DNA of 59,482 bases from an uncultured Gammaproteobacteria bacterium (GCA_964465205.1 CAYXJO010000009.1:1-59482); one strand, 5' to 3'; shown: positions 1 to 8,923, numbered from the stretch's first letter. The notes: generated from the letters alone by a model not told the origin. Numbers and translations: made by a program.

Positions 1-2
1 GG

Positions 3-407
3 CAGGGGATCGGTGTCCGCTTGCTTTACCACCCAGCCGGCATAACCCTTGACATACATAATGTTCTGCACGAAAAACTGCAGGACTATTTGGAAGAGCG
101 CGATAAATGCGGCATTACGACTCCGTATCTCTGGGTGTCGGATAAAGGCAAAAACAGCCGCCTTGAAAAAAGCGGCTATGACCACTTAATGAAGCGTATC
201 CGCGAAGCTAGCGGAGTGAAATTCCATCCGCACCAATTCCGGCACACATTCGCCGCCAACCTCGCCAACAAAGGCGTAGCCATGCCGACGCTTAAGCAAT
301 TGATGGGGCACAGATCTATGAGTATGACGCTTAAATATCTCCGCTATGTGCCGCAAAAGATGATGGCCGCCGGAATAGAAAAACTTGATTTGGACGATCT
401 GCTTTAA
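3..407 (+). CDS. Tyrosine recombinase, C-terminal catalytic part (frame open to the window edge, 5' partial)
   Basis: HPHQFRHTFA (HxxR), LMGH and TLKYL (catalytic Tyr) motifs; frame 3 has no stop upstream of position 21. Confidence 0.85.
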   Translation, partial: QGIGVRLLYHPAGITLDIHNVLHEKLQDYLEERDKCGITTPYLWVSDKGKNSRLEKSGYDHLMKRIREASGVKFHPHQFRHTFAANLANKGVAMPTLKQLMGHRSMSMTLKYLRYVPQKMMAAGIEKLDLDDLL

Positions 408-1297
408 AGATTGTTTAACGGATGCTTGATTATCTGCGAGCGCAAATGTTCGGCGGTGGCAGACAAATAAATGGTGGTGGTTTTTATGTCGCTATGCCCG
501 AGCATGCGCGAGAGCGAGTAAATATCGCACCCGCCTTCCAAAAGTAAAGTCGCAAAAGTATGCCGCAATTTGTGGAGAGTAAAATCAATGCCGCTTTCCT
601 TTCTCATCTTTTCTGCCAGCCGCTTAATCCCTATATCCCTAAATCCCATATTGCGGTTCATGGAAGTGAAAAACTCGGGGCAGGTTTTATTGAGGCGCTT
701 GCGCTCTCCCAGATATCTCTGCAGACTGTCCGCCAGCCGGTAAGGGATCGGGATGATTCTGTCCTTGCTGCCTTTGCCCTGTCTGACGAACAGCGTCATA
801 TTTTCCAAATCAACATCGGCCAGTTTCAAATTAAGCAGTTCGCGCTTGCGCAATCCGGCAAACAGGAAGGTGGCAAAGATCGCATGGTTGCGGTAGCGCA
901 GGAAATGGTAATCGTAAGGATAATTGTACACCACTTCCAAAAGCCGCAGCGCGTCCTGTTTGGTAAGCTTGGACGGCAGGCGCTTCTCCAAACGCGGCAC
1001 CTCGATGTCCTCAACGAAATTCTCCTGCATGTGTTTATTCTTAATGCACCATCTGAAGAAAACTCCCAGCGTCTTATGGTAAGCGATAAAAGTATTGGCG
1101 GTCCACTGCCTGGCGGTGCGCCCGTAAAAGAACAATTCCTTTACCATGTTGGCGGTAATCTGCATCGTATCGGTAATGCCGGCATGGCGGCTGAAGAAAG
1201 ATATCACTTGCCGGTAGCGACGCAAGGTCATGGGCTTGAGGCCCTTGATGTAGCGCGCGTGGTCGCAAAACTCGCGCAACAATATTTGAATATCCAT
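404..1297 (-). CDS. Tyrosine recombinase/integrase (XerC/XerD-like)
   Basis: Full catalytic set: GLRKREL, GKGSKDR, HKLRHTFA, LGHSD, TTIYL; N-terminal SAM-like domain. Confidence 0.93.
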   Translation of the reverse strand: MDIQILLREFCDHARYIKGLKPMTLRRYRQVISFFSRHAGITDTMQITANMVKELFFYGRTARQWTANTFIAYHKTLGVFFRWCIKNKHMQENFVEDIEVPRLEKRLPSKLTKQDALRLLEVVYNYPYDYHFLRYRNHAIFATFLFAGLRKRELLNLKLADVDLENMTLFVRQGKGSKDRIIPIPYRLADSLQRYLGERKRLNKTCPEFFTSMNRNMGFRDIGIKRLAEKMRKESGIDFTLHKLRHTFATLLLEGGCDIYSLSRMLGHSDIKTTTIYLSATAEHLRSQIIKHPLNNL

Positions 1298-1302
1298 ATA
1301 AC

Positions 1303-1332
1303 AAAAACACTACAATGTATTAGTTGCAGTGT
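1303..1332 (-). terminator. Hairpin with U-tract downstream of tRNA-Thr(UGU)
   Basis: Minus strand ACACUGCAA-CUAAUACA-UUGUAGUGU followed by UUUU. Confidence 0.55.
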
Positions 1333-1339
1333 TCACGAG

Positions 1340-1412
1340 AGCCGGGAACAGGATTCGAACCCGCGACCCGCGCTTTACAAAAGCGCTGCTCTACCAGCTG
1401 AGCTATCCCGGC
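1340..1412 (-). tRNA. tRNA-Thr(UGU), CCA not encoded
   Basis: GCCGGGATAGCTCAGCTGGTAGAGCAGCGCTTTTGTAAAGCGCGGGTCGCGGGTTCGAATCCTGTTCCCGGCT folds as a cloverleaf with anticodon TGT. Confidence 0.96.
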
Positions 1413-1469
1413 TTATGGCGGTAGCGCCTGCCGGACAGCCTGCCAGCGCGCATGGCGCTTACAATCAAG

Positions 1470-1738
1470 AGCCGTTGTCGGGACTTGAACCCGAGACCTA
1501 CTCCTTCGCTTCCACCTCTATTTCTTGTATTAGAGGGCTAGACTGTATCTTGAGCTTGTCCCGCAAGCGGGATTTAGCTCCCCTTGTCAGTCGTTCGGGC
1601 CCGCACACTGCGTGCCACGGTCTTACCCTTTGCAGGGCTTTAACCGTTATTCGGGAGACAGCATTATATTTCTACAATGCCGGGCGGAGATCAATGCGAT
1701 CCACCATGGAGTTGCTCTACCAACTGAGCTACAACGGC
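1470..1738 (-). tRNA. tRNA-Thr(GGU) interrupted by an intron; exons 1703-1738 and 1470-1506
   Basis: Joined exons give GCCGTTGTAGCTCAGTTGGTAGAGCAACTCCATGGT|AAGGAGTAGGTCTCGGGTTCAAGTCCCGACAACGGCT, a perfect 73-nt cloverleaf. Confidence 0.93.
1507..1702 (-). ncRNA. Group I self-splicing intron (196 nt, no ORF) at tRNA position 36/37
   Basis: 5' exon ends in U and intron ends in G. P7 GACUG/CAGUC within R (GAACGACUG) and S (AAGAUACAGUC) motifs; P3 CUCCC/GGGAG; P4 ACGGU/ACCGU; P2, P5, P6, P8 and P9 stems; IGS CUCCGCC. Confidence 0.9.
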
Positions 1739-1900
1739 GTAATTAAATTTGTTAAATTTCTTATGATTGTTTATAAATCTGCTTTAGCCCGCGACCTTAT
1801 TCACGGTAGCCGAGGATGTGTTTCGCTCTGGAACAAGTCCCTTCTTTCGTCTTTTTGGCTTTATTTAAGCCAAACAGGTACCTCGCCCATGCTATGTTCT

Positions 1901-1938
1901 TTACCATGGAGGTGCTCTACCAACTGAGCTACAACGGC
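1901..1938 (-). pseudogene. Orphan 5' half (positions 1-38) of tRNA-Thr(GGU)
   Basis: 37/38 identical to the spliced tRNA (A27>C); no T-arm or acceptor 3' strand follows. Confidence 0.85.
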
Positions 1939-1939
1939 A

Positions 1940-2839
1940 TTATATTTTATCTATACGATTACGGAAAACCTCTAATTTTTGGTTATCCGGATTCACCAAA
2001 CGCAATTCATTTAAATTATTTTGCGCCAGTGCTTTGTTGCCACATATTATAGCAGTTTCTATAAATAAGTCAAGATACTTGGGATTCTTGGGCTCAAGTT
2101 CCACTGCTTGTGATATGGCATCTAGCGCCACTTGGGGCTGGCCGATTTTAATCAACATTTCCGCCAAGTGAAAAAACCTCGGCGACAAAGCATCATTAAC
2201 CAAAATCGCTTGCTGATAATAATCAATCGCTTCTTCCACATCACCCTGACTTTCGGCTATTTCTGCCAACTTGACCATTACGCTATCGTCATCAGGCTCC
2301 AATTGTAACACAAATTGGAAAGTTTGCCTAGCCTCCTCAAGCGATCCTTTAGCCAAATAAACTTCGGCCAGACCGCGATAAGCCGGGGCTGATTTCTGGT
2401 CCAATTTTACCGCCTTGATATATAACTCTTCAGCGCGATCCAAGCTTTTCACCACCAAACTTTGTTCTGCTTCTACCAACAAACTATTAACTTTGGCCAC
2501 CACATCTTCAGTATTTATTTTTGCTGGCTCGGGTTGTTTTTTGGTGCTTTGTTCAAATTTCCACAAACGTTCAATCTTGCCCACATAAATTCTAAAGTTC
2601 AATTGAACAATACCAAAAATTTTACGCAGAGGAGACAAAATTTTGGCCCAACGCGCGCGTACTAATTTACTGTGTTCGTCAATACGTTTGGAAATCATTT
2701 CTTTCTTTTTGATGTTCTGTTGTTCTTCTGGTAATTGTTTTAAATTTAAATTTGCCAACTGCGGTAATTTGCGCACAACAATAAAAGCGATCACCGCCAA
2801 ACAAGATAAAATAATAATTCCAAAAACAATATTCAACAT
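1940..2839 (-). CDS. Membrane-anchored tetratricopeptide repeat protein
   Basis: N-terminal TM helix, several TPR-like helical pairs (AYRGLAEVY, FFHLAEML, ELEPKNP). Confidence 0.85.
   Translation of the reverse strand: MLNIVFGIIILSCLAVIAFIVVRKLPQLANLNLKQLPEEQQNIKKKEMISKRIDEHSKLVRARWAKILSPLRKIFGIVQLNFRIYVGKIERLWKFEQSTKKQPEPAKINTEDVVAKVNSLLVEAEQSLVVKSLDRAEELYIKAVKLDQKSAPAYRGLAEVYLAKGSLEEARQTFQFVLQLEPDDDSVMVKLAEIAESQGDVEEAIDYYQQAILVNDALSPRFFHLAEMLIKIGQPQVALDAISQAVELEPKNPKYLDLFIETAIICGNKALAQNNLNELRLVNPDNQKLEVFRNRIDKI
2046..2073 (-). promoter_or_regulatory. Sigma70-type promoter inside the TPR gene, likely driving the tRNA-Thr locus
   Basis: TTGACT-16 bp-TATAAT with an extended TG, about 100 nt upstream of the orphan tRNA half. 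Confidence 0.6.
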
Positions 2840-2846
2840 AAAATAA

Positions 2847-3614
2847 TTAAGATTTTTGCGCTTCCGCTACAATATCCAACCATTCATCCAACTTGGTTGA
2901 CGCCCCGCCTACCAAAACACCATGAATATTGGATTGTTGTAAATAACCCGTGACATTATTTGGCCGCACACTTCCACCATATAGCACGATTGGATTAGAT
3001 CCTGGAATTAAATTTTTACACAACCGAATCACCAGCTCATGCATACGATTGGCTTCGTCGGCTTCACACGCCACTCCGGTGCCAATTGCCCATACCGGTT
3101 CATAGGCCACAATCAATTCCTTATCCGACGGCCAATTCAAACTATCCAACGCGGCACGGAGTTGCACTTCTATCACTTCTTCTACCTTGCCATGTTGACG
3201 CTCTGACTCGGTCTCGCCAACACACAATACCGGAGTCAAACCAACTGCCAAAACTGCTTTCATTTTTTCATGCACATCGTGATCGGTCTCGTGAAACTGA
3301 TGACGACGTTCGCTGTGCCCTACCAAAGCATAATCACAACCGGCCGCACGATACATGGTGGCCGATATTTCGCCGGTATAGCCACCTTTGTCTACCCAAT
3401 AAACATTCTGCGGACCCACTCCAATACCCACATCGTGCAGTACCTGACCGACCGGATACAAGCTGAGGGCACTGGGGAAAATTGCCATAGAAATCTTTTT
3501 GTCAAAATTTTTGTGCTCTGCCACAATGGCATTGGCCAAAATATTGCTTTCATCAAAATCCAAATACATTTTCCAATTGGCGAATAGATAAAATTTACCG
3601 TTGTGGGTAGACAT
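2847..3614 (-). CDS. tpiA: Triosephosphate isomerase
   Basis: ANWKM, GHSERR, AYEPVWAIGTG, LYGGSV, LVGGAS. Confidence 0.97.
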   Translation of the reverse strand: MSTHNGKFYLFANWKMYLDFDESNILANAIVAEHKNFDKKISMAIFPSALSLYPVGQVLHDVGIGVGPQNVYWVDKGGYTGEISATMYRAAGCDYALVGHSERRHQFHETDHDVHEKMKAVLAVGLTPVLCVGETESERQHGKVEEVIEVQLRAALDSLNWPSDKELIVAYEPVWAIGTGVACEADEANRMHELVIRLCKNLIPGSNPIVLYGGSVRPNNVTGYLQQSNIHGVLVGGASTKLDEWLDIVAEAQKS

Positions 3615-3619
3615 ATTAT

Positions 3620-4909
3620 TTAAAACATTTTTATTATATCTGTTTTTTCCACCGGACCGATCATTGCCACTCGTACTTGGTTCCAGTCAAAAATTTGCTT
3701 GGCTAATCGTAAGACATCTTTGGCTTTTACTGCGTTAATTTTTTTGCGCACCACGTCAAAACTTTCGATCTTTTTGTCAAACCAAAATTGTTTGGCAAAC
3801 CAATCAGCTTGAAAACTTGAATCTTCCAAAGCCAAAGTCAAACGGCCACAAATATTAGTTTTGGCACCTTGTAATTCTTTGGCGGGAACGGGATTGGTAG
3901 TAATTTTTTTAAGTTCAGTTTTGATTACTTTTATCGCCTCCGCCAGACGTTTGGGGTCAAGCCCGGCTTGGATTTGCACCACGCCGACATCACGATAGCT
4001 GGATCCACCGGCGCGCACCATATACGCCAAACCGCGACGTTCGCGCACCTCCACAAACAAGCGCGATGTCATGCCGCCACCCAATATATGTAGCAAAAGC
4101 GATAACACATAAGAATCCGGATGATCGTGTGGTATAGCTGGAAAACCAAACAACACTTGTGCTTGATCAACTTTGCGCGTGTGTACGGCTACACGATTGG
4201 TTATATCAACTTTCTTTTTTGGCCAAACAAATTTTTCAAAATTATCTTTCTGAATTTTATTTACGCCATGATCATGGTTGACCGCGCTGGAACTAAAATA
4301 TTTTTTCAATAATTCAACTTGCGGCTTACCTACTTGACCGGCCGCGACCACCACCATGTTTTCTGGGCGATACGCACTGCGATAATACCGGTAAAGCTCA
4401 TCGCGTGTAACAGCGCGCACCGAATCGGCGGTGCCGCCAATATCCCAACCCAATGGTGTATCACCAAAAGTAATGCGATCAAATAATTGTTCTACCGCCA
4501 TGATCGGGTTGTCTTCATACATGCGCAACTCCTCCACGATCACACCCTTTTCTCTTTTCACCTCTTCGGGATCAAACTGGGAGTCAAACAACATGTCGGA
4601 CAACAAATCACAAGCCACGGCAAATTTTTCGCTATCAATCTTTACATAATAACCAGTATAATCTTTGTAGGTAAACGCATTGTACGCGGCGCCATAAACT
4701 TCCACCGTACGTGCGATTTCCTGTGCGTTGGGGCGACGTTTAGTGCCTTTGAACATCAAATGCTCCACAAAATGCGAGGCACCAGAAATTTTAGCATGCT
4801 CATAACGCGAACCAATCGGAAACAAAGCCATCACCGTAGTGGCCACAGTACCGGCTACCGGCACTGTAATCAAAGTCGCGCCATTTTTCAATTTGGTGAT
4901 GTGTTGCAT
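3620..4909 (-). CDS. M16 family zinc peptidase
   Basis: Inverted HFVEH zinc motif, NAFT, SRLFVEVRERRGLAY. Confidence 0.95.
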   Translation of the reverse strand: MQHITKLKNGATLITVPVAGTVATTVMALFPIGSRYEHAKISGASHFVEHLMFKGTKRRPNAQEIARTVEVYGAAYNAFTYKDYTGYYVKIDSEKFAVACDLLSDMLFDSQFDPEEVKREKGVIVEELRMYEDNPIMAVEQLFDRITFGDTPLGWDIGGTADSVRAVTRDELYRYYRSAYRPENMVVVAAGQVGKPQVELLKKYFSSSAVNHDHGVNKIQKDNFEKFVWPKKKVDITNRVAVHTRKVDQAQVLFGFPAIPHDHPDSYVLSLLLHILGGGMTSRLFVEVRERRGLAYMVRAGGSSYRDVGVVQIQAGLDPKRLAEAIKVIKTELKKITTNPVPAKELQGAKTNICGRLTLALEDSSFQADWFAKQFWFDKKIESFDVVRKKINAVKAKDVLRLAKQIFDWNQVRVAMIGPVEKTDIIKMF

Positions 4910-4911
4910 AA

Positions 4912-6285
4912 TTATTTCAATCTTTCCAACAAATAATTTTTAAGATCGACGATAGCTACGCGTTCTTGTGCCATAGTATCACGATCACGCACGGTAACCT
5001 TCTTGTCTTCCAAAGAATCAAAATCAATAGTTACACAATACGGCGTGCCGATTTCGTCTTGACGACGATAACGCTTGCCAATAGAACCGGTCTCGTCATA
5101 TTGAGTCATCATGTCGTCCCATAAATTAGCCCGCACTTCATGTGCTAAATTTTGTAACGGTTCTTTTTTGGATAGAGGTAGAATAGCCGCTTTTATCGGC
5201 GCGATTTTTTTGTTCAAACGCAACACCACCTCTTGTTCGTGTTTGGCGTCCTGCTCACCACTGCGCGCCTCCACCACATCGTAAGCATCGGCCAATACCG
5301 CCAAAAACGCACGATCCAAACCAAACGACGTCTCGATGATATAAGGTATGTACGACTCTCCGCTTTCCAAATCTTTGTGAGTAAAATCGGTATTGGAAAA
5401 TTGGCCGTGGCGTGACAAATCCCAATCACCACGATTGTGCACACCGGCTATCTCTGTCCATCCCTTCCAAGCCGCGTTAAATTCGATATCCCAAGCATCT
5501 TTGGCATAATGAGCGCGTTCGTCGGGTGCGTGTTGGCGCCAGCGCAAATTTTCCGCTTTGATACCCAATCCCAAATACCATTTCCAACTTTGTTCTTTCC
5601 AGTTTTCATACCAATCAACGGCCAATTTCGGATTAACAAAAAACTGCATTTCCATCTGTTCAAATTCGCGCATGCGAAAAATAAAATGTTTAGTGGTAAT
5701 TTCATTACGAAAAGCCTTGCCGACTTGCGCGATACCAAACGGCAGCTTGGCGCGCATAGCATCTTTCACCGCCAAATAATCCAAGTAAATCCCCTGGCAA
5801 GTTTCACCACGCAGATACGCTTCTGATTTTTCACCTTCTACCGCGCCCAATTCCGTCTTCATGAGTAAATTGAAATTGCGTGGTTCCGAAAGCTCGCCGC
5901 TACAATCCGGACAAGACAAATCGCTCACTGTTATTGGTTTCTCTTTGATATAACCCGGCTCGGCTTGTTTAGCCTCTAACAAATGATCGGCACGAAAGCG
6001 ATGGTGGCATTTTTTGCATTCCACCAGCGGATCATGAAAACTTTGTAAATGTCCGCTCGCCTCCCAAACAATTCGCGGAGTGATAATCGCGCTGTCTAGC
6101 CCAACCACATCGGTGCGCTGTTGCACCATAAATTTAATCCAATAATTTTTGATGTTATTTTTCAATAACACTCCAAGAGGACCATAACCATAGCTAGCCG
6201 ACAGGCCGCCATAGATTTCGGCAGTGGGAAAAACAAAACCGCGTTGTTTACAAAATGAAACGAGTTTTTCTAATTCTACAGCCAT
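4912..6285 (-). CDS. glyQS: Glycine--tRNA ligase, dimeric (alpha2) type
   Basis: CKQRGFVFP, LRGETCQG, FRMREFEQME, IGKRYRRQDEIGTP. Confidence 0.96.
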   Translation of the reverse strand: MAVELEKLVSFCKQRGFVFPTAEIYGGLSASYGYGPLGVLLKNNIKNYWIKFMVQQRTDVVGLDSAIITPRIVWEASGHLQSFHDPLVECKKCHHRFRADHLLEAKQAEPGYIKEKPITVSDLSCPDCSGELSEPRNFNLLMKTELGAVEGEKSEAYLRGETCQGIYLDYLAVKDAMRAKLPFGIAQVGKAFRNEITTKHFIFRMREFEQMEMQFFVNPKLAVDWYENWKEQSWKWYLGLGIKAENLRWRQHAPDERAHYAKDAWDIEFNAAWKGWTEIAGVHNRGDWDLSRHGQFSNTDFTHKDLESGESYIPYIIETSFGLDRAFLAVLADAYDVVEARSGEQDAKHEQEVVLRLNKKIAPIKAAILPLSKKEPLQNLAHEVRANLWDDMMTQYDETGSIGKRYRRQDEIGTPYCVTIDFDSLEDKKVTVRDRDTMAQERVAIVDLKNYLLERLK

Positions 6286-6289
6286 ATTA

Positions 6290-6838
6290 TTACACAGTAT
6301 TAATTTCTTGCTCCTTTTTTTCGCCTATTTCTTTTATTTTTTCATTGTAATCTTTTACCAATTTATCCAAATCGTCGAGCAGTTTGAATTTCTCATCTTC
6401 ACCAATATTGCCATCCTTTTCTTCACTCATCACCATATCACGCACTTCTTCGCGCACTTTACGTATACTAATACGCGCGTTTTCTAACTTTTGATGTAAT
6501 ACTTTAGTTAGTTCGGTACGGCGTTCGGTAGTAAGCTCGGGCAAAGCCAAACGAATAATTCTTCCGTCATTTTGTGGATTAATACCCAAACCACTATCGC
6601 GTATCCCCTTCTCTACATTGGCCAAAATACTTTTGTCCCACGGCTCCAACACCAAAGTTTTGGCATCTTGCACCACAATCGAAGCGACAGCTTTTAACGA
6701 CTGATGCGACCCATAAGCCTCTACCATAATACCCTCTACCATAGCAGCACTAGCGCGACCAGTGCGTAATCCAGCAATATCGGTCTTCAAAAATTCCAAC
6801 ACTTTGTCAAAATCCCCTTTAAATTCTGTTATCAACAT
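6290..6838 (-). CDS. frr: Ribosome recycling factor
   Basis: LRTGRAS, LVLEPWD, LTTERR, RKVRE. Confidence 0.96.
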   Translation of the reverse strand: MLITEFKGDFDKVLEFLKTDIAGLRTGRASAAMVEGIMVEAYGSHQSLKAVASIVVQDAKTLVLEPWDKSILANVEKGIRDSGLGINPQNDGRIIRLALPELTTERRTELTKVLHQKLENARISIRKVREEVRDMVMSEEKDGNIGEDEKFKLLDDLDKLVKDYNEKIKEIGEKKEQEINTV

Positions 6839-6852
6839 AAAAATTTAATTAA

Positions 6853-7944
6853 TTATTTATCTAATACGGTAAAACCCATAAATATAGTACTGTTGTTTTT
6901 TGGGTGGACCCACATAATGATCGGGATAGTGTTGGTGGGTAATTTTTTAGTTACCCAGTTCACACCGCCATCACTGGTTTTATAAAAAGTAGACCGAACA
7001 TGCACGTTCTTCTCGCCCAGAATAGTACCGGTATAATACATTTCACGTTGATTGCTAGGATTGATACCAAAACCATAAATATTCACACTGCCCGGCGGAG
7101 TGAGTAATTTCATTTCGTGCCAAGTGACACCGGCGTCGTCCGAACGCAAAATGCCGTATTTGGAAATCCAGAAAACACTATCGGCTTGCGCCGGATTCAG
7201 AACCAAACGATAATAATTTTTAGCATCGCTAAAATTATTCAAACCACCGCCAAGATCAATCCAACTAGTACCACCATCGTCCGATCGCCACAAACCATCA
7301 CGATAGGCTGCAGCATACAAACGTTTGGGGTGCATCGGATCAGCCACTAGGGTTTTTATCTCAAAACCAAAACGTTGAATCGCACGCCAACTACGCCCCC
7401 CATCACCAGACATTAGAATTTCTCCATTGGCCTCGGCCGCATATATCGCCGAAGCATTCCCATAGTCTACTGCGAGCGCCACCAATCTCTGCGAAGGACG
7501 TTCTTCGGTATAAACTAATTGCCAACTGCGTGTACAATCGGTAGTCTTGTAAATATGCTGGCCATCACTAACATAAATTGTACATTTATCTTTGGTATCC
7601 ACAGCCAGAGCATAGACAAACATACCCCCCAACTCACCCACCGCCTGCCAGGTTTCACCATTGTTATAAGTGTAATACAGACCTTGGCCACGAGTAGCTA
7701 AATAATAGGCATTGATATCACTCGGATCTTTGTGGACATCATAAACTTTGAGCCCTGCCAAACTGACCACTCCTTTGGCTGTGGGATAATTATTTATCTG
7801 CTGCCAGGTTTCACCCTTATCACTAGAACGGAACATGCCCAGCGGCCCTTGAGCCGACCCACCACCAAAATTTATACAACCAGCACCAGTCAGAATCAGC
7901 GCGGCGCACAATGTTGCTATGAGATAAATTTTGCGCATATTCAC
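6853..7944 (-). CDS. Lipoprotein with BNR/Asp-box beta-propeller repeats
   Basis: Lipobox TGAGC; repeated SxDxGxxW (SSDKGETW, SGDGGRSW, SDDGGTSW, SDDAGVTW). Confidence 0.85.
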   Translation of the reverse strand: MNMRKIYLIATLCAALILTGAGCINFGGGSAQGPLGMFRSSDKGETWQQINNYPTAKGVVSLAGLKVYDVHKDPSDINAYYLATRGQGLYYTYNNGETWQAVGELGGMFVYALAVDTKDKCTIYVSDGQHIYKTTDCTRSWQLVYTEERPSQRLVALAVDYGNASAIYAAEANGEILMSGDGGRSWRAIQRFGFEIKTLVADPMHPKRLYAAAYRDGLWRSDDGGTSWIDLGGGLNNFSDAKNYYRLVLNPAQADSVFWISKYGILRSDDAGVTWHEMKLLTPPGSVNIYGFGINPSNQREMYYTGTILGEKNVHVRSTFYKTSDGGVNWVTKKLPTNTIPIIMWVHPKNNSTIFMGFTVLDK

Positions 7945-7953
7945 AAATTAAAT

Positions 7954-8913
7954 TTAAAATTTGATAATAGTTTCTTCAATCAACAAACGCGGATTTACAT
8001 TCTCGCCCATCAGTTGCTGAGTTTTTTTTAAATTATCGATAATCTCCACAATTTGATTTAACGAAAAACTATTGCCAGTGGATTCTCCCAGTTGCTTTTT
8101 CAACATCCAATCACGCCATTGCATCTGCCAAATATCCAGCACTGCTTTCCATCGGTCGCGTTTTTGCATTGCGTCATCGTCTTTTTTACCAAACAATTCT
8201 TCCAGTGCTTCCAGTTTGGCATAAAAAGGTGCGGTGACTATTTTTTTCAGACGTTCTATTTCTGCGTAATATTCACTGCGCTTGGTTGGATCCTGCCACA
8301 TCTCTACCGCTCGACCGGGGCGACCCCAAGCAATTGAGGCGATATCTGCTGCGTCTTCACGAGAAACGCCCGCAACCATCAAGCCTTGAGCAATTTTCTG
8401 CTCATCAACCAAAGCGACATAAATACTTTGACAACGCGAACGAATAGTAGGCAACAAAAACGCATCATCAATTGTCAATAAAAATATTACACTATTCTTG
8501 GGCGGTTCTTCCAAAATTTTCAACAAGGCATTGGACGCTTCGTTATTTAATAACTCCGCTTCGTCAATAATGACTATTTGCCCTTTACCCAACCAAGAAC
8601 TATTCTGTAAACGTTCGCGTACTGCCCGAGCTTGTTTTACAGAAATTTCTTTTTTTAGTTTACCAGTTTTTTCATCTGTCTCCCGTTCCAGATACAAATA
8701 ATCCGGATTAGTGGCTAACTTATCTTCCGCTACCTGCAAAATTTGCGTCGCCACATATTGCGCCAATTTACGTTTACCTACTTGATGGGCACCAACCAAA
8801 CAATAGGTGTGCCCGAGAGTGCTATTTTTAATAGCAGTATCAAAAAACTGGACAATTTTGTCGTGGCCAATAAGCATATGCTTTATTCTAGCAGATAAAG
8901 CCGTTTTTGACAA
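7954..8913 (-). CDS. holB: DNA polymerase III delta-prime subunit
   Basis: ASNALLKILEEPP, LLPTIRSRC, GRPGRA; degenerate Walker A. Confidence 0.9.
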   Translation of the reverse strand: MSKTALSARIKHMLIGHDKIVQFFDTAIKNSTLGHTYCLVGAHQVGKRKLAQYVATQILQVAEDKLATNPDYLYLERETDEKTGKLKKEISVKQARAVRERLQNSSWLGKGQIVIIDEAELLNNEASNALLKILEEPPKNSVIFLLTIDDAFLLPTIRSRCQSIYVALVDEQKIAQGLMVAGVSREDAADIASIAWGRPGRAVEMWQDPTKRSEYYAEIERLKKIVTAPFYAKLEALEELFGKKDDDAMQKRDRWKAVLDIWQMQWRDWMLKKQLGESTGNSFSLNQIVEIIDNLKKTQQLMGENVNPRLLIEETIIKF

Positions 8914-8923
8914 CCAACCAACA

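Larger units (their letters stand above)
1..1339. mobile_element. Probable right end of an integrative element inserted at the 3' end of tRNA-Thr(UGU)
   Basis: Integrase begins 42 bp downstream of the tRNA; second recombinase next to it; visibly more GC-rich than the rest of the window. The other att site is not in the window. Confidence 0.55.

Noticed and set aside
1739-1900. Spacer after the orphan tRNA half as a second group I intron
   Set aside because: No P7 R/S motifs, no U.G P1 and no downstream 3' exon could be found
560-1927. 455-aa plus-strand ORF
   Set aside because: Antisense shadow of the integrase, two tRNAs and the intron; no recognisable motifs
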